A DNA stretch of 64,000 nucleotides from Cenarchaeum sp. (GTDB lineage Archaea > Thermoproteota > Nitrososphaeria > Nitrososphaerales > Nitrosopumilaceae), in assembly GCA_965242695.1 (NCBI GenBank), contig CBDESU010000001.1, positions 1,248,001 through 1,312,000 on the forward strand, in the 5' to 3' direction. Below the pieces are notes generated by a model that saw only the letters and a list, made by a program, of their open reading frames with translations, made no database searches and was not told the DNA's origin. A program made the position numbers and the translations under genes. Shown here in pieces: positions 9,358 to 18,577 of the stretch. Within the stretch, counting starts at the first letter, position 1; each line of letters begins with the position of its first letter.

Positions 9358-9816
9358 CTACTTGGGCAGTTTGTAGCCGCATTGATGCATCTGGAGGGCA
9401 TGCGCCTTGCCATCTATTGGCCACCTGTATTTTTTTACGGTTTGATACGACGATCTATGCTTAAAAGTTTTAGCCAAGAGAATCAATCGGACGCGTGGGT
9501 GTGTTCGCGGGATCAGCGTGCGCGCCCATTCTAGCGCACGTTCCAGTGTATTGTCAAATTTCTCTTTGATAGATGACTGGTTTATTTTTGAGCTTTTAAG
9601 CTCTACGATTACAATATTGAGCATGCTTGTGTAGTAAAATACAACGCAATCGCATGCCTTTTTGTCTACTATCACGCCGTCTGCCTTTATTATTAGGCGG
9701 TTGTCTATGTTCGGCAGGGCCAGCTTGCAGTTTTGCTCACAACATTCCTTGACCACGTGCCTCGCCAGTCCAAGTTCCATAGCCATGGCTTCAAGCCTTC
9801 GAGTCATCCCACGCAT
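9358..9816 (-). CDS. Hypothetical protein with PD-(D/E)XK-like motif; partner of the upstream ATPase
   Basis: CDCVVFY...IVIVELKS; clearly lower GC than its flanks; overlaps the ATPase stop. Confidence 0.65.
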   Translation of the reverse strand: MRGMTRRLEAMAMELGLARHVVKECCEQNCKLALPNIDNRLIIKADGVIVDKKACDCVVFYYTSMLNIVIVELKSSKINQSSIKEKFDNTLERALEWARTLIPRTHPRVRLILLAKTFKHRSSYQTVKKYRWPIDGKAHALQMHQCGYKLPK

Positions 9817-11341
9817 CTCCTATTATCGACGACTTGATGTCCTCCATCCTAGCCGCCTCGTCGTGGAGTTCCTCGTGGACCCGGATAAACTCGCCCTCGT
9901 CTATGCCATCGTCCCCCGAGTGCTGTATCTCCCTTGCCGTGCTCCAGCCCCTGTCGTCCATCGAAAAGGAGTAGGGGGCGACCTCCCCGGGGAGCAGGTA
10001 TGCCAGCGGATCGCCAAAAATAGTGCGCTTAGAGTCGTCTGAAAGCTGCCCCGCCTCGAGGCACTTGCTGAACTCCTCAAGCAGGATCTCGCTGTGCGTC
10101 GTGGCAAGTACGTAGAGGCCGGCGCGGACCATTCTTACTATGAATTTGGCAAGCAGTGCCTGGCTCGCCGGATGCAGGTGGGCCTCCGGCTCCTCTATTA
10201 CGAGCAGATCGGACGGCTGCACGGCGTGCTTGAGATACAAGATCAGGGGCGCCAGTTCGGATACCGACGACGATGCGGATTGGATTGGCACGCTGCTCCC
10301 TCTGTACTTGAACACTATTTCCGGAGCCGCGATTTTGGATGCTTTCCGCATGCCGATGCGGCCGCGCAGGATCGATTGCTCCATTTCCTCGCCGAGTGCG
10401 AAAAGCGCCCCCTCCTCCTCCGTCATTTTAACAATGTCGGCCAGGAAATCGACGGTGGTTCCCGGCATGGATCCTGTGCCGGTGTGATCTCCGGCGGCGC
10501 CCGACAGCGACCGGATCGCCCCGTCCAAGACCGTCCTGTAGGCGTTTAGTACGCCCGATCGCGATGCGGGCAGGTAGTACGAGGCCTCCGGCATGTCCGA
10601 AAAAATTTTTCGTGTTATGGGCACATAGCACACCTGAGGCAGATGCCTTCTTAGCTGGTTGTTGGCCATCCAATTGGACATCGTGTACTCAATTGGATCC
10701 TCAGGATCACGCGGCATCCGTGCAAGGGGGGGATCGATGCCCGGCCCCTCGTCTTCGACAAGGGTCTGCACAATTGGCGAGATGGCCCGTATGCTTACGC
10801 CAGTAGTCTTTCCCCACTTCAGCACGGACGCGTGTGATCCGTTGGCAACGTCGATCTGCATCGACTTGCATCCGAACCGGACCAGCCCCTGCGGGCCAGA
10901 GGGCATGTTACGGGTAATTTCGGACGTCAGTCCGTCTGCAAGTATGCTCGTCAGGCAGTGGCGCGCGATAGCGTCCGACATTCGGGCAGGCACGGAGGCC
11001 GACTGGTCTGCGTTGAAGGCGTCGAGTACGGCGCCGAGCCCCGCGTCTATCGATTTTTTGCATGCGGCAAGCGTGCGCATCGAGGCCGGTCCCGGCCCGG
11101 CGTCGAAGCCCGCGGCCGTGCCCGCCGACAAAAGGCGCTTTTCTCTGCCGACGGCCCGGATTAGCGAGTGCGCCGCGGTTGCGGCGTACGACTTGCCCGT
11201 GTTGCCGGGGCCTATGAACACGGTCAGGGGGGCAATCCTGATGGCCGCCTCCCTGACAGGACCGAGGTTTCGCAGTGTCATTCTAAGCCCGGCCTCGCCT
11301 GATCTATCAGGGCGTCGGAGGCGCCGCTTCGTTGTGCTCAC
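9791..11341 (-). CDS. ABC-superfamily ATPase (AAA_21/AbiEii-like)
   Basis: NLGPVREA; Walker A GPGNTGKS; signature SASSSVSEL; Walker B IEEPEAHLHP; H-loop TTHSE. Confidence 0.9.
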   Translation of the reverse strand: MSTTKRRLRRPDRSGEAGLRMTLRNLGPVREAAIRIAPLTVFIGPGNTGKSYAATAAHSLIRAVGREKRLLSAGTAAGFDAGPGPASMRTLAACKKSIDAGLGAVLDAFNADQSASVPARMSDAIARHCLTSILADGLTSEITRNMPSGPQGLVRFGCKSMQIDVANGSHASVLKWGKTTGVSIRAISPIVQTLVEDEGPGIDPPLARMPRDPEDPIEYTMSNWMANNQLRRHLPQVCYVPITRKIFSDMPEASYYLPASRSGVLNAYRTVLDGAIRSLSGAAGDHTGTGSMPGTTVDFLADIVKMTEEEGALFALGEEMEQSILRGRIGMRKASKIAAPEIVFKYRGSSVPIQSASSSVSELAPLILYLKHAVQPSDLLVIEEPEAHLHPASQALLAKFIVRMVRAGLYVLATTHSEILLEEFSKCLEAGQLSDDSKRTIFGDPLAYLLPGEVAPYSFSMDDRGWSTAREIQHSGDDGIDEGEFIRVHEELHDEAARMEDIKSSIIGDAWDDSKA

Positions 11342-11490
11342 GGCGCATCCGCGCGGCGGGGCGCCTTAAGCGTTGCCACAGCGGTCAAGACGGCGCGCGG
11401 AACCAGCGCCGCGCCTGCCCGCCCCGAGCGATGCCAAGGGTCGGGCGGCGCCCCGCCAGGGCGGGCGCGCGGGCGGCGCCCGGGCGCTGA

Positions 11491-14400
11491 TCAGCCGCAC
11501 GAGACCTCGTACGCGACGGTCTGCTCCATGGCGCCCGGCGAGACGCCCGGCGGCAGATCGTCCATGCCGGTCAGGTCGAGCCGGTAGTCGATTGCAAGGG
11601 ACGCGGCCGGCTCGAGCGCATCGCCGCCGGACAGCAGGGGCGATCCGGGCTCGAGCGGGGCGAACCGCCCCTCCCCGCCGCCGCCCGCGGGCGCGGCCAT
11701 GAACGACGTCGCGTTCGCCGGCAGGCCGCCGCTCCACGCCGTCGCGCTGATCGCAACGCCCGCGATCGGCGCGCTGCCCGAATTCGAGAGCATCTGGCGC
11801 CGCGGCTCGCCGGCCTGTCCGGGCCCCGCGCTGCCAAGGTCGAGCATGTCAGACGCCAGCGAGGCGCTGCACGTCGCGGCAGCGTCCGCCCCCGAGGTCT
11901 CGACTATTGCCCACTTGCGCGTCTCCGGCGAGACCGTCCATGTCGAAAAGGTCGCCGGACTGGCCAGGTCGCCGTTGCCGTCGAACGCGATCCCGCCGAG
12001 GGCCCCGCCTGGCAGCCCCGCGGCCGCCAGGCCGTGCAGGTTCGATGCGAACGGGCCGGCCGTCGAGTGGCCGGCCGCGATCGCGCTCCCGAGCAGCAGC
12101 ACTGCATCGTGGGCAGAGTACGCGTACCCTATCCTCGGATCCCCGACGTCGCCTCCGCCTGGCCTGGCCGCAATGGCCGAATCGACGGCGCGCGTCGCCG
12201 CGCTCGGCTCGATGCCGAACACGACGGCCCTCAGGCCCGTCGACAGGGCCAGGTCGAGCGCCGCATCGCCGCCGGTGACGACCGAGCTGCCGGCAAGGTC
12301 CGTCGAGTACCACTGCGCGCCGGCCAGGGCGGGGTACCGCAGGGCCTCGGCGGCCGCGCCGGCGAACGGCGGGTCGAACCCGATGTACAGGACGGCCGCG
12401 CCCCGCTCCGGGTCAGAGGCGGACGCCGCGGACACCATCGCGTTGGCCCTCGCCATTGCGGGCCCCCACCCGCCCGGCTCGATCGAGGCGTCAAACGGCA
12501 CCTTTGGCAGGACCGACCCCGGCGAGAGGCCGTCAAACTCGGCGCGTATCCGCTCGTACGCGGCGTTTCCGTACGCGTCGTCCTGCACGATGGCGACCAC
12601 GTCGCGCGCCCCGCCGCCGGCCATCACCTCGGCGATGCGCGGCGCGCGCAGGTCGTCGTTGGGAGCCATGCGGTACACCGCATCCGGCAGGGCCAGGTCG
12701 GGCGAGAGCGACGAGGGCGAGACAAGGACTAGGCCGGCCTCGCCGGCGTACCCGCGGACGGCCTCTACGCTCGAGCTCGCCGACGGGCCTACCGAGAGCG
12801 GCACGGGGCGCGGATAGTAGCCGGCTCCGAGGATCAGGTCGTCGGACCTGTCGGCGGTCCCGAGATCGTGCAGGGCGAGTAGCGAGCGCTTGGACTCGAC
12901 GGGCTGCCCCTCGTGGACAAAGTTGCGGATGCGGTAGTCGTACCACGCGTCGGCTCTGGCCGGCGCCGCATCAAGCTCCCCGAGCAGGCTCGCGAACGGG
13001 ACGGGGTTGTCGCCCGAGGCGATCGGCGAGACGACGCCGACCCTGTCTGGGTTTGCCCCGTTGGCCTGGACGTGCCCCGTGCGGTTGAGGATGAACGGAT
13101 AGTGCTCCTGCGGGCTGGCAAGCGACCTTATGGCCTGCACGGCCGCATCGGCCCCCTGCGCGTCGATCGCATCCCTCATCGAGGCGATCTGGCTTGCCAG
13201 TATTGGATAGTACCTCGCATCGTCGAGGCCGGTCGCAAGGGCCGACACGGCCGCGAGGGGGTCGGCCAGGCGGATGTCGTGTCGGACGATCTCTAGGGAT
13301 CGGTTCCCGCCCGCCTCGGCCTGGCCGAGGCTGAACCGCACGGCCGCGTCGAGCACGGCCGCGTCGAGCACGACGCCGTCAAAGTAGGGCAGGTCGGTCG
13401 CCGCCAAGAGGGCCCCTACGCGCGACGGGGCCGAGCCGGCAGGCATCGCCGCATCGCCGCCGGCTGCGCCGGCGAGCCTGGACGGATCCGGCTCGTATCC
13501 AGGATAGTAGTTGGCCCGCGCATCGACGGCGCCGGGAGCGGCATCGCTCGCTATCAAGGCTCCCTCGTTCGAGGCGTGCAGCGTGTTGTGGTGGAAGCGG
13601 ACGGCGGGCTGCGCGGCATCGCCGGCCGCCACTTCGACCTCGGAGGCGCCGGCCTCGCACCGCCCGGCGCACACGGACAGCGCGCCGGCGCTCTCCGAGA
13701 TGCGGTTGCCCACGATCACCACGTCCGCCGAGTCGGCCCACACCGAAAGGGCCGGCGCCGCCGCGCCGATCACCGTGTTGTATGCGATGCGGACGTTCGA
13801 CGAGTTCGACGTGACCAGGACGGCGCTCGACCCCGAGCCCTCCACGTGGTTGTGCACGACGCCAAGGCCGCGCGCGCCCGACGCCTGCACCGCCGCCCCC
13901 CTCAGGTCGAACATGTAGTTTGACGAGACCAGCGAGTCGGCCACCTGCACTCCGGACGGCATCTGCGCCGGCATGCCGAGCCGCACCGCCGGGGGCGGCG
14001 GAGCGTCGCCGGGGGCGGCGGCCCCGATGTCGCGGAACGTGTTTCCCGACACGTCCACGTCGGATGCGGGCGGCGCCGGCGCCGTGCCGTTGGCGGCCGC
14101 GGCAGGGGCCGCCGACACGGCCGCGGCGCACGTGCCGTCGAACGTGTTGTTCAGTACGGAGACCGTCCCGGCCCCCGCGCCGCCGGGCCGCGCCTCCACC
14201 GTGACGACGGCGGCGCCGCCGGGGCCGCCCGCCGGGCATGCGATATCGCGAAATACGAGGCCCGTGAGGGCCACGGGGCCGCCCGGGCCCTGCCGGACGA
14301 CTACGCTCGAGTTGCCCGTGAGGACGGCCGCGCCCGGCGGGTCGGACGCGAGCGTGAGCGGCTTGTCGATCGTGACGGACACGTTGGCGTACGTTCCGGG

Positions 14401-14556
14401 AGCGACGAGGACGGTGCTGCCCGCATCGGCGCCGTCCACCTGTCCCTGTATCGTCGCGGCGCCACCTCCAGCGTCCTGGGCATAGGCGGCGTTCGGGGCG
14501 CATGCGATCGCAACGGCGGCCGCAAGCGCCAAGATCGCGCCCGGTGCACTGCGCAT
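11491..14556 (-). CDS. Secreted multidomain protein: right-handed beta-helix, type 1 substrate-binding domain with an inserted Cache-like domain, and a C-terminal Cys-bounded domain
   Basis: Signal peptide MRSAPGAILALAAAVAIACAPNAAYA; GSTVLVAPGTY and N-x-F/HN repeats; VGPSASSS...LVSPSS...YRMAPNDD...DDAYG (PBP1); YPFILN...ANGANP...KRS...ILGAGYY (Cache). Confidence 0.8.
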   Translation of the reverse strand: MRSAPGAILALAAAVAIACAPNAAYAQDAGGGAATIQGQVDGADAGSTVLVAPGTYANVSVTIDKPLTLASDPPGAAVLTGNSSVVVRQGPGGPVALTGLVFRDIACPAGGPGGAAVVTVEARPGGAGAGTVSVLNNTFDGTCAAAVSAAPAAAANGTAPAPPASDVDVSGNTFRDIGAAAPGDAPPPPAVRLGMPAQMPSGVQVADSLVSSNYMFDLRGAAVQASGARGLGVVHNHVEGSGSSAVLVTSNSSNVRIAYNTVIGAAAPALSVWADSADVVIVGNRISESAGALSVCAGRCEAGASEVEVAAGDAAQPAVRFHHNTLHASNEGALIASDAAPGAVDARANYYPGYEPDPSRLAGAAGGDAAMPAGSAPSRVGALLAATDLPYFDGVVLDAAVLDAAVRFSLGQAEAGGNRSLEIVRHDIRLADPLAAVSALATGLDDARYYPILASQIASMRDAIDAQGADAAVQAIRSLASPQEHYPFILNRTGHVQANGANPDRVGVVSPIASGDNPVPFASLLGELDAAPARADAWYDYRIRNFVHEGQPVESKRSLLALHDLGTADRSDDLILGAGYYPRPVPLSVGPSASSSVEAVRGYAGEAGLVLVSPSSLSPDLALPDAVYRMAPNDDLRAPRIAEVMAGGGARDVVAIVQDDAYGNAAYERIRAEFDGLSPGSVLPKVPFDASIEPGGWGPAMARANAMVSAASASDPERGAAVLYIGFDPPFAGAAAEALRYPALAGAQWYSTDLAGSSVVTGGDAALDLALSTGLRAVVFGIEPSAATRAVDSAIAARPGGGDVGDPRIGYAYSAHDAVLLLGSAIAAGHSTAGPFASNLHGLAAAGLPGGALGGIAFDGNGDLASPATFSTWTVSPETRKWAIVETSGADAAATCSASLASDMLDLGSAGPGQAGEPRRQMLSNSGSAPIAGVAISATAWSGGLPANATSFMAAPAGGGGEGRFAPLEPGSPLLSGGDALEPAASLAIDYRLDLTGMDDLPPGVSPGAMEQTVAYEVSCG

Positions 14557-14749
14557 GCAAGGCGGCGAACCGCGTTGCGTTAAAAGAGTTGCGCCGCCCC
14601 CACATGCCGGGTGGGGGCGTGCGTGTGTGCGCCCTTCCCCCCAACCGCGCAGCCGCCAGCGCCTACACCGCTCCCGGATGCCCGCGTTGTTCGTCGCCTC
14701 TTGAGCGCGGAGGCGAACAGCCGGGCACGAGAGGACGCCGCAGGCGCCC

Positions 14750-14853
14750 GCTGAGGGGGTCGCAGGCGCCCGTCTCACGGAGGCTCCATGACCCTGATGC
14801 GCGTTCGGGCCCATCCAGCTGAGTGGAGTCGCAGGCGCCCGTCTCACGAAGGC
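14750..14853. repeat. Repeat-spacer-repeat locus C: about 35-bp near-identical repeats, 33-bp spacer
   Basis: gctgagggggtcgcaggcgcccgtctcacggaggc (14750-14784) versus gctgagtggagtcgcaggcgcccgtctcacgaaggc (14818-14853). Confidence 0.85.
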
Positions 14854-15179
14854 GGCATGCCCCGTCAGTGGACGGCGTTGCGTCCCGCGACGCGGCTTGC
14901 CATCGGTAGCGCGGCATGTCGCCGCCTTGCGCGGCATCCCGCACCGGCGCTGGCACGCACTACGCCTGCCGTCGTCGCCACGACTGCCGATTCCAGTCCA
15001 GGTCTGAGCCCAGTCCGTCCGCGATTGGACACCATGCACGTCACTGTAAGATTTTTGGAAAAATATGCTCGTAGACAGCAAATTTAGCGCCCAGCGTCAT
15101 GCCATCCAGCCGGAAGTTTGACGGGAAAGCGGCACACCGCGACCGAATGTTTATGAGTGCGGCAGGGGCCGGCTCTCCA

Positions 15180-15374
15180 ATGGACAAGAGTCCCAAGTGC
15201 CCGTACTGTGGCAAGAGTGCATGGGACGGCCCATTTCAGCTCGGCATGGCGGCATCGAGGGGAAAGGACGACAAGCCCACGAGCGACATAACGGAGGGGG
15301 AGAGCGGCATTTGTTTGCTGAAGTCTTGGGCATGCACCTCATGCGGTCATGTCAGGCTAAACAAGGAAGCATAG
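15180..15374 (+). CDS. Small zinc-ribbon protein
   Basis: CPYC...CTSCGHV; ATG at 15180 (in-frame starts further upstream are possible). Confidence 0.65.
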   Translation: MDKSPKCPYCGKSAWDGPFQLGMAASRGKDDKPTSDITEGESGICLLKSWACTSCGHVRLNKEA

Positions 15375-15407
15375 CGGGCAGCCATGCAGCTGTCGGCGAT
15401 GCCAAGA

Positions 15408-15511
15408 GCTGCATCAGGGGCGCGCCTCGTTAGGCGGTCACTTGCGGTTCCGCGCCTGGGAAGAGTTCGACGTCGACGCTGCATCAGGGGCGCGCCTCGT
15501 TAGGCGGTCAC
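15408..15511. repeat. Repeat-spacer-repeat locus D: exact 34-bp repeats, 36-bp spacer
   Basis: gctgcatcaggggcgcgcctcgttaggcggtcac at 15408-15441 and 15478-15511, period 70. Confidence 0.92.
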
Positions 15512-15597
15512 CTGGTAAGAGTTATCGGCCTTGTGACGTGCGCCGCGGCGGGGGATCGTAGGGGGCCGCGAGCATGAGCAACCCGCGCCGCCCCTCC

Positions 15598-18567
15598 TCA
15601 AGGACGACCTCGAGGGCGCCGCGCGGGGCGCGGTCGGCCGCCAGAGGGCACGGCGGCCCACCACTTCCAAGTGCCTCGTAGCGCACCGGCGTGTGCCTGA
15701 CGGCCGCGGCTGCCCTCTGGCGACAGAGGCGCAGCGACAAAAGTCATCGCCTCAAATGAGTAGAATTCCTGCGCGGCATCGGGATCGGCAAGCAGGGCAT
15801 CGGCCGATCCGGCATCCCCGAGGCGGTCGGCGTCCAGCCCAAGCGGAGGCGAATCGCACTGCGGCGAGATTTCACGCAGCCTAGGGGCCGCCGCCGCCAG
15901 GCGACTCATGAGGAACTCGGCCCTTTCGCGCTCCGTTTTGGCAGCGCAGCGCGCTAGAAGGGGTGCGGCGGCTCCAAAGGAATTAGACATGCACCGTACT
16001 GCAGCGCGGCTCACCGCCTCGCATGCGCCGCCTGCAGGCTCCGGCATGCCGTTCAAGAGATCTGCCAGTCCCAGGAGCATGCGCGCCGAGGCAACGGCCT
16101 CGGACTTTGCCGCAACCAGCCGCGACGGGTGCGCACCGCCCCCTGCTTTTGTATCGCAGGAAGTGCGTTGATCCGGCGATGGGCAGGCGCTGGATCCCAT
16201 CCCCCCGAGAGCCAGATCCGAACAGAGTTGGAGCGCAGGTGCATCATCATCATCCCGGATACCCCTCAATTTTCGAACGGTGCTGGCGGCATGTAGGACA
16301 GGCAGGTGCGACTCGCACACCAAGTTGCCGAAATCGGTGGGCCTGTAGATGTGGCCGGCGCTCGTGCCGCGGGCATCGCGGACCACAAGATCCAGTGCAA
16401 CCAGTTCGTCTAGCAACCCACGGATCGTCTCGTCCAGTGCCGCCTTGTCCGAGGCGCTCGACGATGCCCAGAACCATGTCGCAGATATGCGGGACGCCAT
16501 GTCGCCCGGCGTGGCCCCACCCAGCTCCTTGACCATGCGGATAAGGTGCAACGCGATGCGGGGGCGTAGATCATCCCGACTGCCGCCCAGTCCGGAAGTC
16601 ACCGAGGGGGCGACATCCCACAGGCTGCGGCGCAGCACATCGTACTCGGCCTGTGATGCGGCAGCTACGATTGTCTCGCCCTTCCTGTCAAGGCCCGCCC
16701 TGCCCGCCATTTCCGTCGCCCGCGCGTACTCGAAGGCGGTGGGAATTTCTCCGCTGGCGGCGGGACGGCACAGTAGCACCGTCTTGAACGGCGAGGGGGC
16801 ATCCCTTGTGCAGGGGACGGAGGACGACACGAGGGCGCTGATCGCACCGCCTTCGACCCCCCTCATGACTGCTTTTCTGAACGCCGGCGGCAGTCGTTCG
16901 TCGTCAAACGCGACGCCCGATGCAAGCGGCGATTCGGATCCCGTGCCGCAGTACTCGATGCCGGCCCCGATCGCGGGCCGCCCCACAAGGCTTTGCCGCA
17001 AGGCCGCTTTTTTCCCAGCGGCTTCCCCCATGTCCAGGTCGTCGCCCTCGATGCGACGCAGTTGCGATGCGACTTCGCTGGCAAATCCGATCACATCCGA
17101 GCCTGGGGGGACGGAGATCAGCACGGGAGAGTCGTCAACCACGGCCCTCCTGGCAAATCTTGCGCACAGGGAGGCGGCATCCGGCCTTCCGGCGTCCCCG
17201 CCACCGCAACGCAGGTCGCGCGGAAGCGGCTCGTGGCTTCCGGGCGCCGATCTGAAGTACAGCATTCCGTTGTGGCAGACAGATTCGCGGGTGCCGATCA
17301 CGGCGCATCCCGGCCGCCCCTCCGCCCCGCACGCATCAACCACCTTTGCCCCGAGCCAAGAAGCCATTTTTTTGGCGACGTCCGCCGAGGCCAGGGTTGT
17401 GAGCGCCACGATCTGTGGGCAGGAGGATCCTGCCGACCGCAGGCGTGCAATGAGCATCTCCAGGTCCAGGGCGCCGTTCCCACCACAATCTTCGTCCAAG
17501 TCGCAGGCCTCGTCGATAATGACCGCAGCCAGGTCGGACACCTCGATCGACCCTGCAGACAGCCGCGTGCCCAGCTCTTCGTACGTGGCGACAAAATGCC
17601 CGCCGCTGCCGAGGCCGTCCCGATGCAAGCCGTGCGGGCCGTCATCCCGCCGCTCATCGCCGCCGCCACGGTCGGCCCCGATCAGCCCGACGATCCCGCC
17701 GTAGGCCCGTTCGACGGCCTGCTCGTTGGCAGCCAAGTACGCCACACGCCCCCCGCCGTTTGACGGGGCGGCGAGGCACAGGCACGAAAGCAGGGCCTTT
17801 TCGTGGCCGGCCGGCAGCCGGCATACCATGCTTGCCCGCCCGATCAGTCCTGCCTCGACTGCCGCCTCCTCGGGCGGCGTTAGCGCGTACCTGCCCGACA
17901 TCCACAGTGCCGCTCCCATACCGTCCGCCAAGCCCAGCCGGGACACCGAGTGATCGTACGTGGCTTCGACAAGCCTCAGGTACAGGCTCACCATGAACCC
18001 CAGGGGCGGATCGGGAAAGTACCGCAGCAGGTCATTGTAGAACCGGCCCGCCCTCTCGGCCAGGTCCTTGGCGCTTCCGTCGGAACCGCGGCGGCCGGGC
18101 GCCCCGAAAAAGCGGCAGAGGAGGTTGAGCAGGGCAAAAAAGAGCTTGTAGTCATCGGGCGAGTCGTGGTCAATCCCCCTTTCAGGGGATGCCTTGGCAT
18201 GCAGCCACCTGCTCGTCTCGTCGAGTGCCGACGCGAGGAGGCCGCTCCCGCCGCCCACGCCAAGCAGCGCCAGGCCCTCCACCAGGCGCCGCGAATGCGC
18301 CGGCGAGCCCACAATGTACTCGAATTCGCCCGAGTATCTTTGCTCAAGCAGCCGGTACATGCGCACCGCATCGCACCTCATTCGCGCCATATCGTAGCAC
18401 AGGGCCGAGCATATCGTTGCGTAGAATTCGTCGCCGCGCGGCAGCTCGCCGGCATCGGCCATATCCTCGAGTGCCACGGCGGCCTCCTCGTACGACGCTC
18501 TGTTCCCGGTCAAGGTCCCGTCAATGATCGACTGCATCGCATCCGTGTGCCTGTCTGCAGGGGCCAT
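15598..18567 (-). CDS. Ski2-like SF2 helicase, HamB-like, with degenerate motif I
   Basis: LTPPEEAAV (Q-motif region); LPAGHEKAL in place of a Walker A; FVATYEEL (Ib); IIDEAC (II); EMAGRAG (VI); YRPTDFG (winged helix). Confidence 0.72.
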   Translation of the reverse strand: MAPADRHTDAMQSIIDGTLTGNRASYEEAAVALEDMADAGELPRGDEFYATICSALCYDMARMRCDAVRMYRLLEQRYSGEFEYIVGSPAHSRRLVEGLALLGVGGGSGLLASALDETSRWLHAKASPERGIDHDSPDDYKLFFALLNLLCRFFGAPGRRGSDGSAKDLAERAGRFYNDLLRYFPDPPLGFMVSLYLRLVEATYDHSVSRLGLADGMGAALWMSGRYALTPPEEAAVEAGLIGRASMVCRLPAGHEKALLSCLCLAAPSNGGGRVAYLAANEQAVERAYGGIVGLIGADRGGGDERRDDGPHGLHRDGLGSGGHFVATYEELGTRLSAGSIEVSDLAAVIIDEACDLDEDCGGNGALDLEMLIARLRSAGSSCPQIVALTTLASADVAKKMASWLGAKVVDACGAEGRPGCAVIGTRESVCHNGMLYFRSAPGSHEPLPRDLRCGGGDAGRPDAASLCARFARRAVVDDSPVLISVPPGSDVIGFASEVASQLRRIEGDDLDMGEAAGKKAALRQSLVGRPAIGAGIEYCGTGSESPLASGVAFDDERLPPAFRKAVMRGVEGGAISALVSSSVPCTRDAPSPFKTVLLCRPAASGEIPTAFEYARATEMAGRAGLDRKGETIVAAASQAEYDVLRRSLWDVAPSVTSGLGGSRDDLRPRIALHLIRMVKELGGATPGDMASRISATWFWASSSASDKAALDETIRGLLDELVALDLVVRDARGTSAGHIYRPTDFGNLVCESHLPVLHAASTVRKLRGIRDDDDAPALQLCSDLALGGMGSSACPSPDQRTSCDTKAGGGAHPSRLVAAKSEAVASARMLLGLADLLNGMPEPAGGACEAVSRAAVRCMSNSFGAAAPLLARCAAKTERERAEFLMSRLAAAAPRLREISPQCDSPPLGLDADRLGDAGSADALLADPDAAQEFYSFEAMTFVAAPLSPEGSRGRQAHAGALRGTWKWWAAVPSGGRPRPARRPRGRP

Positions 18568-18577
18568 CGTATCCAAG

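Noticed and set aside
14557-15081. N-terminal extension of the 1196-aa ORF
   Set aside because: The signal peptide begins at ATG 14556; the upstream frame runs through repeat locus C and looks non-coding
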